From: an uncultured Planctomycetia bacterium
Lineage (GTDB): Bacteria > Planctomycetota > CAYHQZ01
Assembly: GCA_964358555.1 (NCBI GenBank)
Contig: CAYHQZ010000002.1
Location: forward strand, 1 to 40,089
Direction: 5' to 3'
Length of the DNA stretch: 40,089 nt
The notes under the pieces were generated by a model. The model saw only the letters and a program-made list of their open reading frames with translations. It searched no databases and was not told the DNA's origin. The position numbers and the translations under genes were made by a program. Shown here in pieces: positions 1-7,758 of this stretch. The stretch's first letter is position 1. Every line of letters begins with the position of its first letter.

Positions 1-232
1 TGACGAGGACGTAGACGGGGGGGCGGGACGCGGCGTCCGCCGGGGCGGGAGGCGGGGGCGGGGCGGGGGCCGGGGCGGGCGAGCCGCCGGCCGGCGGGGG
101 CGGGCCTTCGGGCGCGGGGACGTCGGCGAGCGTGAGGGCGCTCGCGGCCAGGAAGATTGCGACCGCGGCGATCGCGGGGGCGAGCAGCCCGTTCGGGGCG
201 GGCCGGGGCGGTGTCCGTTCTTGTGGCTTCAT
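1..232 (-). CDS. hypothetical signal-anchored Pro/Ala-rich protein, N-terminal part only (gene runs off the left edge)
   Basis: Reverse-strand ATG (CAT at 230-232) opens MKPQERTPPRPAPNGLLAPAIAAVAIFLAASALTLADVPAPEGPPPPAGG... This is a hydrophobic signal/anchor followed by a Pro/Ala linker. The frame stays open to position 1. It is absent from the ORF track because it has no stop in the window. Confidence 0.35.
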   Translation of the reverse strand, partial: MKPQERTPPRPAPNGLLAPAIAAVAIFLAASALTLADVPAPEGPPPPAGGSPAPAPAPPPPPAPADAASRPPVYVLV

Positions 233-314
233 CGTTCGGGGTCTGCGCGGATTATACGGGCGGCGTTGCCGTCGCCGGGAAACCGTCCGGGCCGGCGGGA
301 GAAAATCCTTTCCC

Positions 315-345
315 TTGACCGATGGGGGCCGGGGCGTGGTAGAGT
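315..345 (+). promoter_or_regulatory. candidate sigma70-type promoter for the 381-6898 operon
   Basis: TTGACC (315-320), a rather long 19-nt spacer, then an extended -10 TGgTAGAGT (337-345). It lies 36 nt upstream of the GTG at 381. Confidence 0.25.
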
Positions 346-380
346 GAGCGCCGGCACCGCGGTTTGAACGGAGGTTACGC

Positions 381-3300
381 GTGGCGGTTCGGCTCTGGCG
401 ATGGGCGGCCGCTCTTCTCGCCGCGTTCGCGTTCCTTCCCGGCGGGGCGCTCGCGGCGGACGAGGACGTTCGGAGCGAGCTCTTGAAGCGGATGCCGGAG
501 GATTCGCCCCTCCGCTTCGAGGTCCCGTTCTCGGTGATGTGGTCCTGGCAGCGGGACGCGTCCTGGCCGAAGGCTTCGGCTCTGCCGCCCGAGCCGTTCT
601 TCTTCGGCGCCATCGAGCACCGGATTTCCGAGACGGCGAAAGGCGTCGATTTCGGGACGATCGTCGAGTTGCGCGTCCTCGCGAGGAAAGGCGCGCAGGT
701 TCCGATCCTGCCGGCGGCCGTGGCCTGGAAAAGCGTCACGGTGAACGGCCGGCCGGCGACGATGAGGAAGGACGCAGGCGGCAAGTGGCTCGTCCTCGAC
801 GCGACCGGCCCCGGCGAGTTCCGGATCTCCGCCTCCTCGTCCCTGCCGGCGTCCGCGTTTCCCGCCGACGGGGAGTTGGCGATGCCGTCGGCGCGCGGCG
901 TCCCGACGACGGTCCGGTTCGATTCGCCGGCCGCCCGTCTCGTCCGCGTCTCGGGCTCGCCGATTCCGATCGCGGGGGAGGAAGGGCAGGGGACGCACGG
1001 GCTCGTCGGGACCACGGTCGAGGGCGGCGTGGTCCGGGCCGTCTGGGAGCCTTTGCGCCCGATCGCCGATCGAGCGCCGCTGCTGTCCGCGCGCAGCCTC
1101 GTCGCCTGGCGGATCCGGGACGACGCCCACGAGGGGCGCGCGCGGGTCGATCTCGAAATCGCCGGCGGCCCCGCCGCGGCGATCCGGCTGGACCTGCCCG
1201 AAGGCTTCGACCGGCTCGAGGTGACGGGCCCGGACGTCCGCTCGCATCGGGCCGGCGCCTCCGGCGCGGAGGTGTTCCTCCGGGGCGCGATCCTCGGCCG
1301 GACGCGGATCGGGATTTCCTGCGAGGTTCCGCGGGCGACGCGGACGGGGAAGGTGTCGATGCCTTCGTTTGGCGTTTCGGGGGCGTCGATGCGGGGCGGG
1401 ATCCTCGCCGTCGCCCACCAGGGCGAAGGGGTCCTCCTGGAATCCGACGGCGCGCCGGGCGAGCCGATGGCGCTCTTCGATCTGCCGGACGACGCGAAGA
1501 TGCTCTCGGCCGGGACGCCGGCCTTCGCCCGCGCCTTCGGATCGGGCGGGATCCGCGGCGAGGCGGAGATCGTCCGGATGGACGAGCTCGCGGTGCGCGA
1601 GACGATCATCGACGAGGCGCGCGTGGAGACGTTCCTCGCGCCTTTCGGCGGCCTCGTCCAGAAGGTCGTTTACGAGATGCGCAACGGCGTCCGGCCGTTC
1701 CTTGGGATCTTCCTTCCCGAGGGCGCGATCCTGCTGGAAGCGCGCGTGTCGGACCTTCCCGTGCGTCTCGCCCGCGGGGAGGGCGGGCGGATCCTCGTGC
1801 CCCTCGCGAAGTCCACGCAGACCATCGAGGGCTTGGTCTCGTTCCCGGTGGAAATCGTCTGGGCGATGAAAACCCCGCCGCTCTCGCGGAAGGGGACGCT
1901 CGCGATCCCGCTGGCGCGCGCCGACGTCCCGGCCGCGTACGCGACCTCGGAAAGCTACCTGCCCGAGGGGTTCGCCCCGCGCTCCTGGGCCGGGGGGCTT
2001 TCGCCGGTGGATCGCTACGCCCGCGAGACGGCGACCGTGTCGCTCGACTACGCGCGGGCCTACCGCGACCCGGACTGGAAGGCGGACGAGAAGCCCTCGA
2101 TCGACCCGAAGGCCGCCGCCCGGGAGCTGGCGCGCAACTACTGGCTCTTAGGCGACGAGGCCTACCGCGCGGGCGACATCGCCGAGGCCCGCCGGAACCT
2201 GGACCGGGCGGCCTCCCTCGAGGTCGACTCCCCCGACGTCCGAAACGCGAAGCGCCTGCTTTCGAACATCGAGGTGGCGACGGGCAGGCGCAGCGTGAAA
2301 GAGCGCGAGCAGCGCGCCCTCGCGGAGCAGGCGAAGACCGAGATCCGGCAGAAGTCCGAGGGGCTCGCAAACCGCCAGCGGGAGGCGTTGAGCCGCGCCG
2401 GGCAGGCGGCGGCGGCGGGGCGGTCGGCCGAGGCGGCGGCGGCCCTCGAGGAGGCCGAGACGGCCACCCGCGAGCTCGCCCGGCGCGGGGCCCTCGGCGA
2501 GCGCGAGAAGAACGCCGCCCTCGAATCGATTTCGGAGCAGCGCAAGCCCATCGAGCGGGAGCGGGAAACCGTCGCGGCGCTGCAGAAGCAGCGGGAGGAA
2601 CTGGCGGAGCAGGTGATTCTCAAGGCCCGCAAGGCCGGAGCCGTCGCGGACAAGCCCAGGACCTATGCCGAGCCGCCTCCCGGAGCCCTGGACGGGGTTT
2701 CCCTGGACGAGCCCCGCCTGCCCGCTCGGACGGAGAACGTGTTCGAGGAGGAGCTGGGCCGGAATCTTGCGCGTTCGGGCGGCCGCTCCATCGTCTCGGG
2801 GCTGAACACGCCGCCGAAGCCGAAGGTGCGGACGCGGCCGGCGCCGCGGGAGGACCTCCTGGGCTCCTACTTCGGCGTCCTCTCGCCGGTTTCCCCCGCG
2901 CCGCCGTCCGCCTCTCCGATCGCGGCGTCCTCCTCGATCGACGCCGGGTTCATCTCGAATCGCGGCCCCGTCAAACCCGAAATCCGGGCGCGGACGGAGA
3001 ACGCCCCCGACGCCGCCCGGACGGAGAGCGCCCAGGAGGAGAAGGCCCGCCTCCAGGCCGAGATCTACGCGCTGCAGCAGGCCGGGGAATCGCCGGAGCA
3101 GGCCGCCCGGATTTACTACAGCATCGGTGCGAAAAGCGCCCGACTGGCGGGGGAGCGGGAAAAGGCCGCGGGTGGCGCTACGAAGCCGGGTCTTCCCCCG
3201 GCCGATTCGGGCATGAGCGAGCAGAGCCGGAAGATTTTCGAGGAAGTCACCGCCGAGACCCGGCGGGCCGATGCGCGGACTGAATTCATCGCCCAGCACT

Positions 3301-4886
3301 ACTTCCAGGTCGGCAAGCAGGCCTACGATTCCTTCGACTACGTCACGGCGAGGGAGAACCTGGAGAAGTGCCTCCAGCTGAATCCCAAGCATGGCGAGGC
3401 CCGCCGCTTCCTCGAGCGCGCCCGCGCCAACCTCGGCGAGCGCCATGACGAGACGCGCCTGACGGCCGAACAGGTCGCGGGGGAGGAGCAGGCCAGGAAC
3501 CAAGCGGTCGTTGTCGAAATCGAAAATATCCTCGTCGTGGGTCGGCGGCACTACGAGAAGGAGGAATACAAGCTGGCGATCGAACAGTTCCGGCGGGTCA
3601 AGGACCGGCTGCGGATCGTCCCCTGGGAGATGAGCGTCGAGGGCTACCGCCGCCAGGCGGACCAGCTCATCGACGATTCGATCCGGCTGCAAAGCGAGAA
3701 AAAGGCGCGGATCGAGCGCGAGCAGTATCCAGCCGCCATCCGGATCGCCCAGCGGGAGCAGGAAATCGAGGTCCGCCGGCTCGATCCCCGGATCTGGGAT
3801 CTTGCGACCGAGGCGCGGAAGGCCTACGGCTTAAAGCAGTACGAGAAGGCCGAAGCCCTGTCCGACGACATCCTGAAACTCGATCCCTACAACAGCGACG
3901 CGAGCCGGATGCGGGACATGGCGATCGAGGCGCGCCACGAGCGTGATCGGCTCAACGTGAGCCTGGTCGATCGAGAGGAATTCGAGAAGGAGATGGAGGA
4001 AAAGCCTGCGATTCCGGATGTTCAGATGCGCTTCTACGACATCCGGGACGTCGCGCAGGTGCCGGCGGTGCAGTTCCCCGGCCCCGCGATCACGATGCCG
4101 GTCTTCGGCGGGGCGGACGCGGAAGCGGGCCTCTCGGGCGGTACGGGCCTCGGCTTCGATCTCGGCCCCGAGGCGGGCGGGGACATGTTCTCCGGCGAGA
4201 ACCTCGCCCAGTACATCCGCGACAACATTGCAGCAGGCCGCTGGGGGCCGGGGACGTCCATCGCGTTCCGCGACGGCAACCTCATCATCAACCAGGAGCC
4301 GGACGTTCAGCGGCAGGTCGTCGAGTACCTCAACGCCCTGCGCGAGCGCGTCGTCCGGCGGGTGGGCCTGCGGACCACGGTCCTGCCGCTCTCGGGCGAG
4401 GAGGCCGCCGCCGCGGGAATCGTGTGGAAGGAGACGGACGATGCCCTGCGCTTCGCCGTCTGCGATCGGGCGCAGGCCGTGACGCTGCGCGCCATGGCGC
4501 AAGCCCTCGGCACGCCCGAGGGGCTCTCGCCGCCGGCGCTCGAGACCGAAGCGATCGTGGGCGTGGACGCGAGCCTCCCCGAGGGGACCGAAATCCGCAT
4601 CCAGGGCGCCTCCGAGCGGGCGCTGGACATCCTCTGCCAGGAGCAGCGGATCATCCTGCCGGCAGGCTTCGTCCTGCTCATCGCCGATCGCGCGATCACG
4701 ATGGTCCAGGGCGGGCCGCCCGCGCGCCACGGCGAGACGCTGGCCTGGCCGGAGCCGATCGTGCTGCCCGCGCGCTTCGCGCTCCCGCGGACGGGCCGGG
4801 TGTTCCGTTTCGAGAAACTCTTATGGAATCCGGAGGACGTTCACGAGATTCGTTGCGATTACCGATGGAAAGGAGGAGAGGAATGA
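381..4886 (+). CDS. giant secreted protein: N-terminal beta-rich module, central coiled-coil/TPR region, C-terminal alpha/beta module
   Basis: GTG 381 lies 6 nt after GGAGG (370-374). The signal peptide is MAVRLWRWAAALLAAFAFLPGGALAADE. GC3-rich coding is uniform over 1501 codons. TPR-like units include YWLLGDEAYRAGDIAEARRNLDRAASLE, YFQVGKQAYDSFDYVTARENLEKCLQLNPKH and YGLKQYEKAEALSDDILKLDPYN. Long Ala/Glu/Arg heptad-like stretches lie between them. The stop overlaps the next start (ATGA at 4883-4886). Confidence 0.85.
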   Translation: MAVRLWRWAAALLAAFAFLPGGALAADEDVRSELLKRMPEDSPLRFEVPFSVMWSWQRDASWPKASALPPEPFFFGAIEHRISETAKGVDFGTIVELRVLARKGAQVPILPAAVAWKSVTVNGRPATMRKDAGGKWLVLDATGPGEFRISASSSLPASAFPADGELAMPSARGVPTTVRFDSPAARLVRVSGSPIPIAGEEGQGTHGLVGTTVEGGVVRAVWEPLRPIADRAPLLSARSLVAWRIRDDAHEGRARVDLEIAGGPAAAIRLDLPEGFDRLEVTGPDVRSHRAGASGAEVFLRGAILGRTRIGISCEVPRATRTGKVSMPSFGVSGASMRGGILAVAHQGEGVLLESDGAPGEPMALFDLPDDAKMLSAGTPAFARAFGSGGIRGEAEIVRMDELAVRETIIDEARVETFLAPFGGLVQKVVYEMRNGVRPFLGIFLPEGAILLEARVSDLPVRLARGEGGRILVPLAKSTQTIEGLVSFPVEIVWAMKTPPLSRKGTLAIPLARADVPAAYATSESYLPEGFAPRSWAGGLSPVDRYARETATVSLDYARAYRDPDWKADEKPSIDPKAAARELARNYWLLGDEAYRAGDIAEARRNLDRAASLEVDSPDVRNAKRLLSNIEVATGRRSVKEREQRALAEQAKTEIRQKSEGLANRQREALSRAGQAAAAGRSAEAAAALEEAETATRELARRGALGEREKNAALESISEQRKPIERERETVAALQKQREELAEQVILKARKAGAVADKPRTYAEPPPGALDGVSLDEPRLPARTENVFEEELGRNLARSGGRSIVSGLNTPPKPKVRTRPAPREDLLGSYFGVLSPVSPAPPSASPIAASSSIDAGFISNRGPVKPEIRARTENAPDAARTESAQEEKARLQAEIYALQQAGESPEQAARIYYSIGAKSARLAGEREKAAGGATKPGLPPADSGMSEQSRKIFEEVTAETRRADARTEFIAQHYFQVGKQAYDSFDYVTARENLEKCLQLNPKHGEARRFLERARANLGERHDETRLTAEQVAGEEQARNQAVVVEIENILVVGRRHYEKEEYKLAIEQFRRVKDRLRIVPWEMSVEGYRRQADQLIDDSIRLQSEKKARIEREQYPAAIRIAQREQEIEVRRLDPRIWDLATEARKAYGLKQYEKAEALSDDILKLDPYNSDASRMRDMAIEARHERDRLNVSLVDREEFEKEMEEKPAIPDVQMRFYDIRDVAQVPAVQFPGPAITMPVFGGADAEAGLSGGTGLGFDLGPEAGGDMFSGENLAQYIRDNIAAGRWGPGTSIAFRDGNLIINQEPDVQRQVVEYLNALRERVVRRVGLRTTVLPLSGEEAAAAGIVWKETDDALRFAVCDRAQAVTLRAMAQALGTPEGLSPPALETEAIVGVDASLPEGTEIRIQGASERALDILCQEQRIILPAGFVLLIADRAITMVQGGPPARHGETLAWPEPIVLPARFALPRTGRVFRFEKLLWNPEDVHEIRCDYRWKGGEE

Positions 4887-6898
4887 CCTCTCGTCATGTC
4901 GTGATCGGGTCGGTGGCGTGGTTGTGGCTCGTGGCGGCGGGCGCGTCCGGGCAGACCCCGCCGGCGGCCCAGAACAAAGGGCCGGGCGCGGACGACAAGA
5001 GCCGCGTGAGTCTCGACTGGGAGACCTTCAAGAAGGTCACGGGCTTTACGGAGGACCGGCCGGCGCCGGGGGCGCTGACGATCCCCTGGGCCGAGGTTCA
5101 GGATCTCCTGGGCGTGAAGGTGGATCGGATGGGCGAGGCGAAGGTCACGCTCTCCTGGCAGGAGTTCAAGGCGCTCCTCGAGTGGAGCATCCGCCAGAAG
5201 CCCGACGCGAAAAAGGCCGAGCCGCCGGCCGACTTCATCGTCTCGAGCGCCTCCTACAAGGGCGTCCTCACGAAGGACGGCGCGGACTTCACGCTCGACA
5301 TGAAGATCAACGTTCTCAAGGAGAAGGGCTGGAAGCGGATCCCGGTGCTCGCCTCCCAGGTGGCCGTGCGCTCCGTCTCGCTGCCGCCGGGGGCCTACCT
5401 CGTCGCGGGCGCGGTCTACTACGAGCTCGTGACCGAGCAGGCCGGCGAGATCGACTTCAAGGCCTCGTTCGCCGCCGCCGTCGCCGAGCAGGCCGGGATC
5501 AACCGCGTCTCGTTCCCCCGGATCTCCTCCTCGACCGGCGTCCTCGATCTCGACGTGGACCAGAAGGACGTGGACGTGAAAATCGAGAAGGGCCAGGCCG
5601 TGGCGAAGAAGACGGACGGCGGCCGCACGCGCGTCCTCGCGGCCCTGCCCTCCGACATGCCGCTCGTCTCGATCGCCTGGGAGCGCGCGATTCCGGAGGC
5701 CGAGAAGGTCCCGCCGAAGATCTTCTCCGAGAACCGGACGCTGCTCGCGATCGGCGACGGCGTGATCCTCGGGCGCCAGCGGGTGGACGTCCAGGTCCTC
5801 CACACCGCCGTCCGGACGCTCGATCTCGTCGTGCCCGAGGGGGCGAGCATCCTCGGGGTCTCGGGCGAGCGCGTGCGCGACTGGCGGGTGAAGGACAACC
5901 TGCTCACCGTCCACCTCGCCTCGGAAATCCTCGGGGGCTACTCGCTGGTCGCCACCTTCGAGAAGCCCGCGAAGGCTGCCTCGGTCGAATCCCCGCTGCT
6001 GCGGACGAAGGACTCGGTCCGCGAGACGGGCTTCATCGGGGTTGTGGCCCTGTCGAACGTCGAGATCTCGGCGCCGGCCGCGGCTGGCGCGACGGCCATC
6101 GACGTGCGCGAACTGCCGCCGGACATCATCGCGATGACCGGCCAGCCGATCCTGCTCGCCTTCCGGTATTCCGGCGAGGGCGTGAAGGTGCCGCTCGCGG
6201 TCAAGCGCCACGAGGACGTGGGCGTGCTGCTCACCCTCGTGGACTCGGCCGTCTACACGGCGATGCAGACGAAGGACGGCCGGCGGATCGTGAAGGCCCT
6301 CTACAGCGTCCGGAACAACCGAAACCAGTTCCTGCGCCTCTCGATGCCGAAGGGCGCCGACATCTGGAGCGCGCAGGTGAACGGCCAGCCGACGAGGCCG
6401 GCCAAGGACGAGCAGGGCCGGGTCCTGATCCCGCTCGTGCGCTCGGATCGCGGATCGAGCGACCTCGCCGCCTTCCCGGTGGAGCTGGTCTACGTGGAGA
6501 AGGGGGCCGAGCCCGGCGTGAAGGGCAGGATGAAGGTGGAATTCCCCACCTGCCTGGAACCCGTGACCCACGCGATGGCGAGCCTGTACCTGCCCGAGGA
6601 CGGATCCTATTCGGGCTTCGCGGGCCCGATGAAAAAGGTGGACGCCTTCACGCGCCTGGGGACGCTTCCGGGCCTCGAGGCCCAGGCGCCCGTCGGGAAC
6701 ATGGAGGAGGCCCAGCAGATGGCGCAGCAGGTGCAGGAGGAGTTCGACAAGCAGGCCACCGCCGCCGGCGTCTCGCCCATCAAGGTGCAGCTGCCCGTGA
6801 ACGGCAAGCCCTGCTTCTTCGAGCGGATCCTCGTCCTCGGCGACGCCCTGTCGATCGAGTTCGACTATTCGTTCAAGAAGGGATTCCTGGGATTCTGA
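4883..6898 (+). CDS. secreted protein, paralogous to the N-terminal module of the preceding gene
   Basis: ATG 4883 lies 6 nt after GGAGG (4872-4876) and overlaps the upstream stop. The signal peptide is MTSRHVVIGSVAWLWLVAAGASGQ. The upstream part of track ORF 4424..6898 is only an open frame inside the previous gene. Shared motifs with gene 381..4886 are described in the findings. Confidence 0.85.
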   Translation: MTSRHVVIGSVAWLWLVAAGASGQTPPAAQNKGPGADDKSRVSLDWETFKKVTGFTEDRPAPGALTIPWAEVQDLLGVKVDRMGEAKVTLSWQEFKALLEWSIRQKPDAKKAEPPADFIVSSASYKGVLTKDGADFTLDMKINVLKEKGWKRIPVLASQVAVRSVSLPPGAYLVAGAVYYELVTEQAGEIDFKASFAAAVAEQAGINRVSFPRISSSTGVLDLDVDQKDVDVKIEKGQAVAKKTDGGRTRVLAALPSDMPLVSIAWERAIPEAEKVPPKIFSENRTLLAIGDGVILGRQRVDVQVLHTAVRTLDLVVPEGASILGVSGERVRDWRVKDNLLTVHLASEILGGYSLVATFEKPAKAASVESPLLRTKDSVRETGFIGVVALSNVEISAPAAAGATAIDVRELPPDIIAMTGQPILLAFRYSGEGVKVPLAVKRHEDVGVLLTLVDSAVYTAMQTKDGRRIVKALYSVRNNRNQFLRLSMPKGADIWSAQVNGQPTRPAKDEQGRVLIPLVRSDRGSSDLAAFPVELVYVEKGAEPGVKGRMKVEFPTCLEPVTHAMASLYLPEDGSYSGFAGPMKKVDAFTRLGTLPGLEAQAPVGNMEEAQQMAQQVQEEFDKQATAAGVSPIKVQLPVNGKPCFFERILVLGDALSIEFDYSFKKGFLGF

Positions 6899-6919
6899 TT
6901 GAGGCTTCCGCCCGCGCTG

Positions 6920-6947
6920 CCCCCGGCCGGTTCGAACCCGGCGGGGG
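6920..6947 (+). terminator. GC-rich imperfect hairpin downstream of the 4883..6898 stop (possible terminator, no U-tract)
   Basis: cccccggccgg-ttcgaa-cccggcggggg. About 9 of 11 stem positions pair around a TTCGAA loop, 22 nt after the TGA at 6898. No T-run follows, so it is not a canonical intrinsic terminator. Confidence 0.3.
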
Positions 6948-6974
6948 AACGGCGCGAAATGCCGCCCCCCGCGC

Positions 6975-7000
6975 CGCCTACGAACGGGATCCGGCTGTAG
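6975..7000 (+). repeat. 26-nt hairpin-forming direct repeat, copy 1
   Basis: cgcctacgaacgggatccggctgtag matches 7648-7673 at 25 of 26 positions. The internal inverted repeat is ctacg...cgtag plus cgg/ccg around a GAT loop. Confidence 0.6.
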
Positions 7001-7010
7001 AATAGCGGGT

Positions 7011-7208
7011 GTGAACCTGGAGACCCTGGTACAGAAGACCGTCGCCAAGGTGGGGCTGCGTCGGCGGAAGAGCGACTTCGCGTACTGGCAGTCGCAGCCG
7101 CCCCAGGCGCGGATCGATGCCCTCGAGGAAATCCGGCGCGATTACCATCGCTGGAAATACCATGCTGAGCCCAGACTTCAAAGAGTTCATTCAATCGTTA
7201 AACGATAG
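7011..7208 (+). CDS. small conserved-looking hypothetical protein, possible partner of the downstream nucleotidyltransferase
   Basis: A GTG-start 65-codon ORF (MNLETLVQKTVAKVGLRRRKSDFAYWQSQPPQARIDALEEIRRDYHRWKYHAEPRLQRVHSIVKR). It overlaps the next gene by 47 nt in another frame. I recall similar small helical ORFs next to nucleotidyltransferase genes, but this is unverified. Confidence 0.4.
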   Translation: MNLETLVQKTVAKVGLRRRKSDFAYWQSQPPQARIDALEEIRRDYHRWKYHAEPRLQRVHSIVKR

Positions 7209-7599
7209 CCGCGTCCGCTATCTTGTCGTCGGCGGATACGCCGTCGCCTTCCATGGGCATCCCCGCTACACGAAGGACATCGATGTCTGGATCGAGAGGA
7301 CGCCTTCGAACGCGGCGAACATCGTCCGGGCGCTGGACCGCTTCGGGTTCGGGTCGCTCGGACTGAAGGAACAGGATTTTCTCGAGCCTGATCAGATCGT
7401 CCAGCTGGGGCAGCCTCCGAACCGCATCGACATCCTGACCACCTTGTCCGGCGTCGAGTTCGGGACCTGCTTCGACTTGCGACAGGATGCCGAAATCGAC
7501 GGAGTGACCGTCTCCTTCATCGGGCTTCAGGACCTGAAGCGAAACAAGAAGGCCTCCGGCCGGCACCAGGACCTGGCCGACGCGGAGAACTTGGAATAA
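7162..7599 (+). CDS. minimal nucleotidyltransferase-fold protein (TA/abortive-infection-like NTase family)
   Basis: MLSPDFKEFIQSLNDSRVRYLVVGGYAVAFHGHPRYTKDIDVWIE... The GG-x-A...HG...R.T.D-I-D pattern is typical of small polymerase-beta-type nucleotidyltransferases. ATG 7162 was chosen over the track start at 7117. The stop is TAA. The local sequence is more AT-rich than its flanks. Confidence 0.75.
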   Translation: MLSPDFKEFIQSLNDSRVRYLVVGGYAVAFHGHPRYTKDIDVWIERTPSNAANIVRALDRFGFGSLGLKEQDFLEPDQIVQLGQPPNRIDILTTLSGVEFGTCFDLRQDAEIDGVTVSFIGLQDLKRNKKASGRHQDLADAENLE

Positions 7600-7647
7600 T
7601 CCGGAACGGAGGACGTATGGACGAGAAGTCAAGTTGCGCGGGGCCGT

Positions 7648-7673
7648 CGCCTACGAACGGGATCCGGCCGTAG
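7648..7673 (+). repeat. 26-nt hairpin-forming direct repeat, copy 2
   Basis: cgcctacgaacgggatccggccgtag. It lies 49 nt after the NTase stop and pairs with copy 1 at 6975-7000. Confidence 0.6.
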
Positions 7674-7724
7674 CGGACGGGCGCTTGGCCGTATCGCGAA
7701 AGGCGAAGCGATTGCATCGGCCGC

Positions 7725-7752
7725 TTGATGCCAAACATGAGAGTGGTATCAT
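7725..7752 (+). promoter_or_regulatory. sigma70-like promoter of the ORF6N gene (probably leaderless transcript)
   Basis: TTGATG (7725-7730), 16-nt spacer, TATCAT (7747-7752). The ATG at 7759 starts 7 nt after the -10 and no SD is present. The same module recurs at 17262-17291. Confidence 0.4.
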
Positions 7753-7758
7753 GCCGGC

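Noticed and set aside
375-3692. Long antisense or off-frame ORFs over gene 381..4886 (375..1418 minus, 401..3283 plus, 1606..2370 minus, 2148..3692 minus, 2162..2653 minus)
   Set aside because: Their translations are Arg/Gly/Pro/Ala-rich low-complexity sequence typical of shadow frames in very GC-rich DNA. They lack motifs and are fully embedded in a gene with a signal peptide, TPR units and a consistent third-position GC bias.
6920-6952. T-arm-like hairpin (gccgg-TTCGAAC-ccggc followed by gggggaa), considered as a tRNA 3' fragment or integration scar
   Set aside because: No matching 5' acceptor strand, D-arm or anticodon arm lies upstream, and it has no similarity to the T-arm of the tRNA-Ala at 13471. 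It may simply be a GC-rich terminator-like hairpin. It is kept only as a low-confidence feature.
4859-7048. 729-aa minus-strand ORF and 695-aa plus-strand ORF (4918..7005) overlapping gene 4883..6898
   Set aside because: Same shadow-frame composition (RRRG, GRPR runs). The chosen frame has an SD, a signal peptide and paralogy to the upstream gene.
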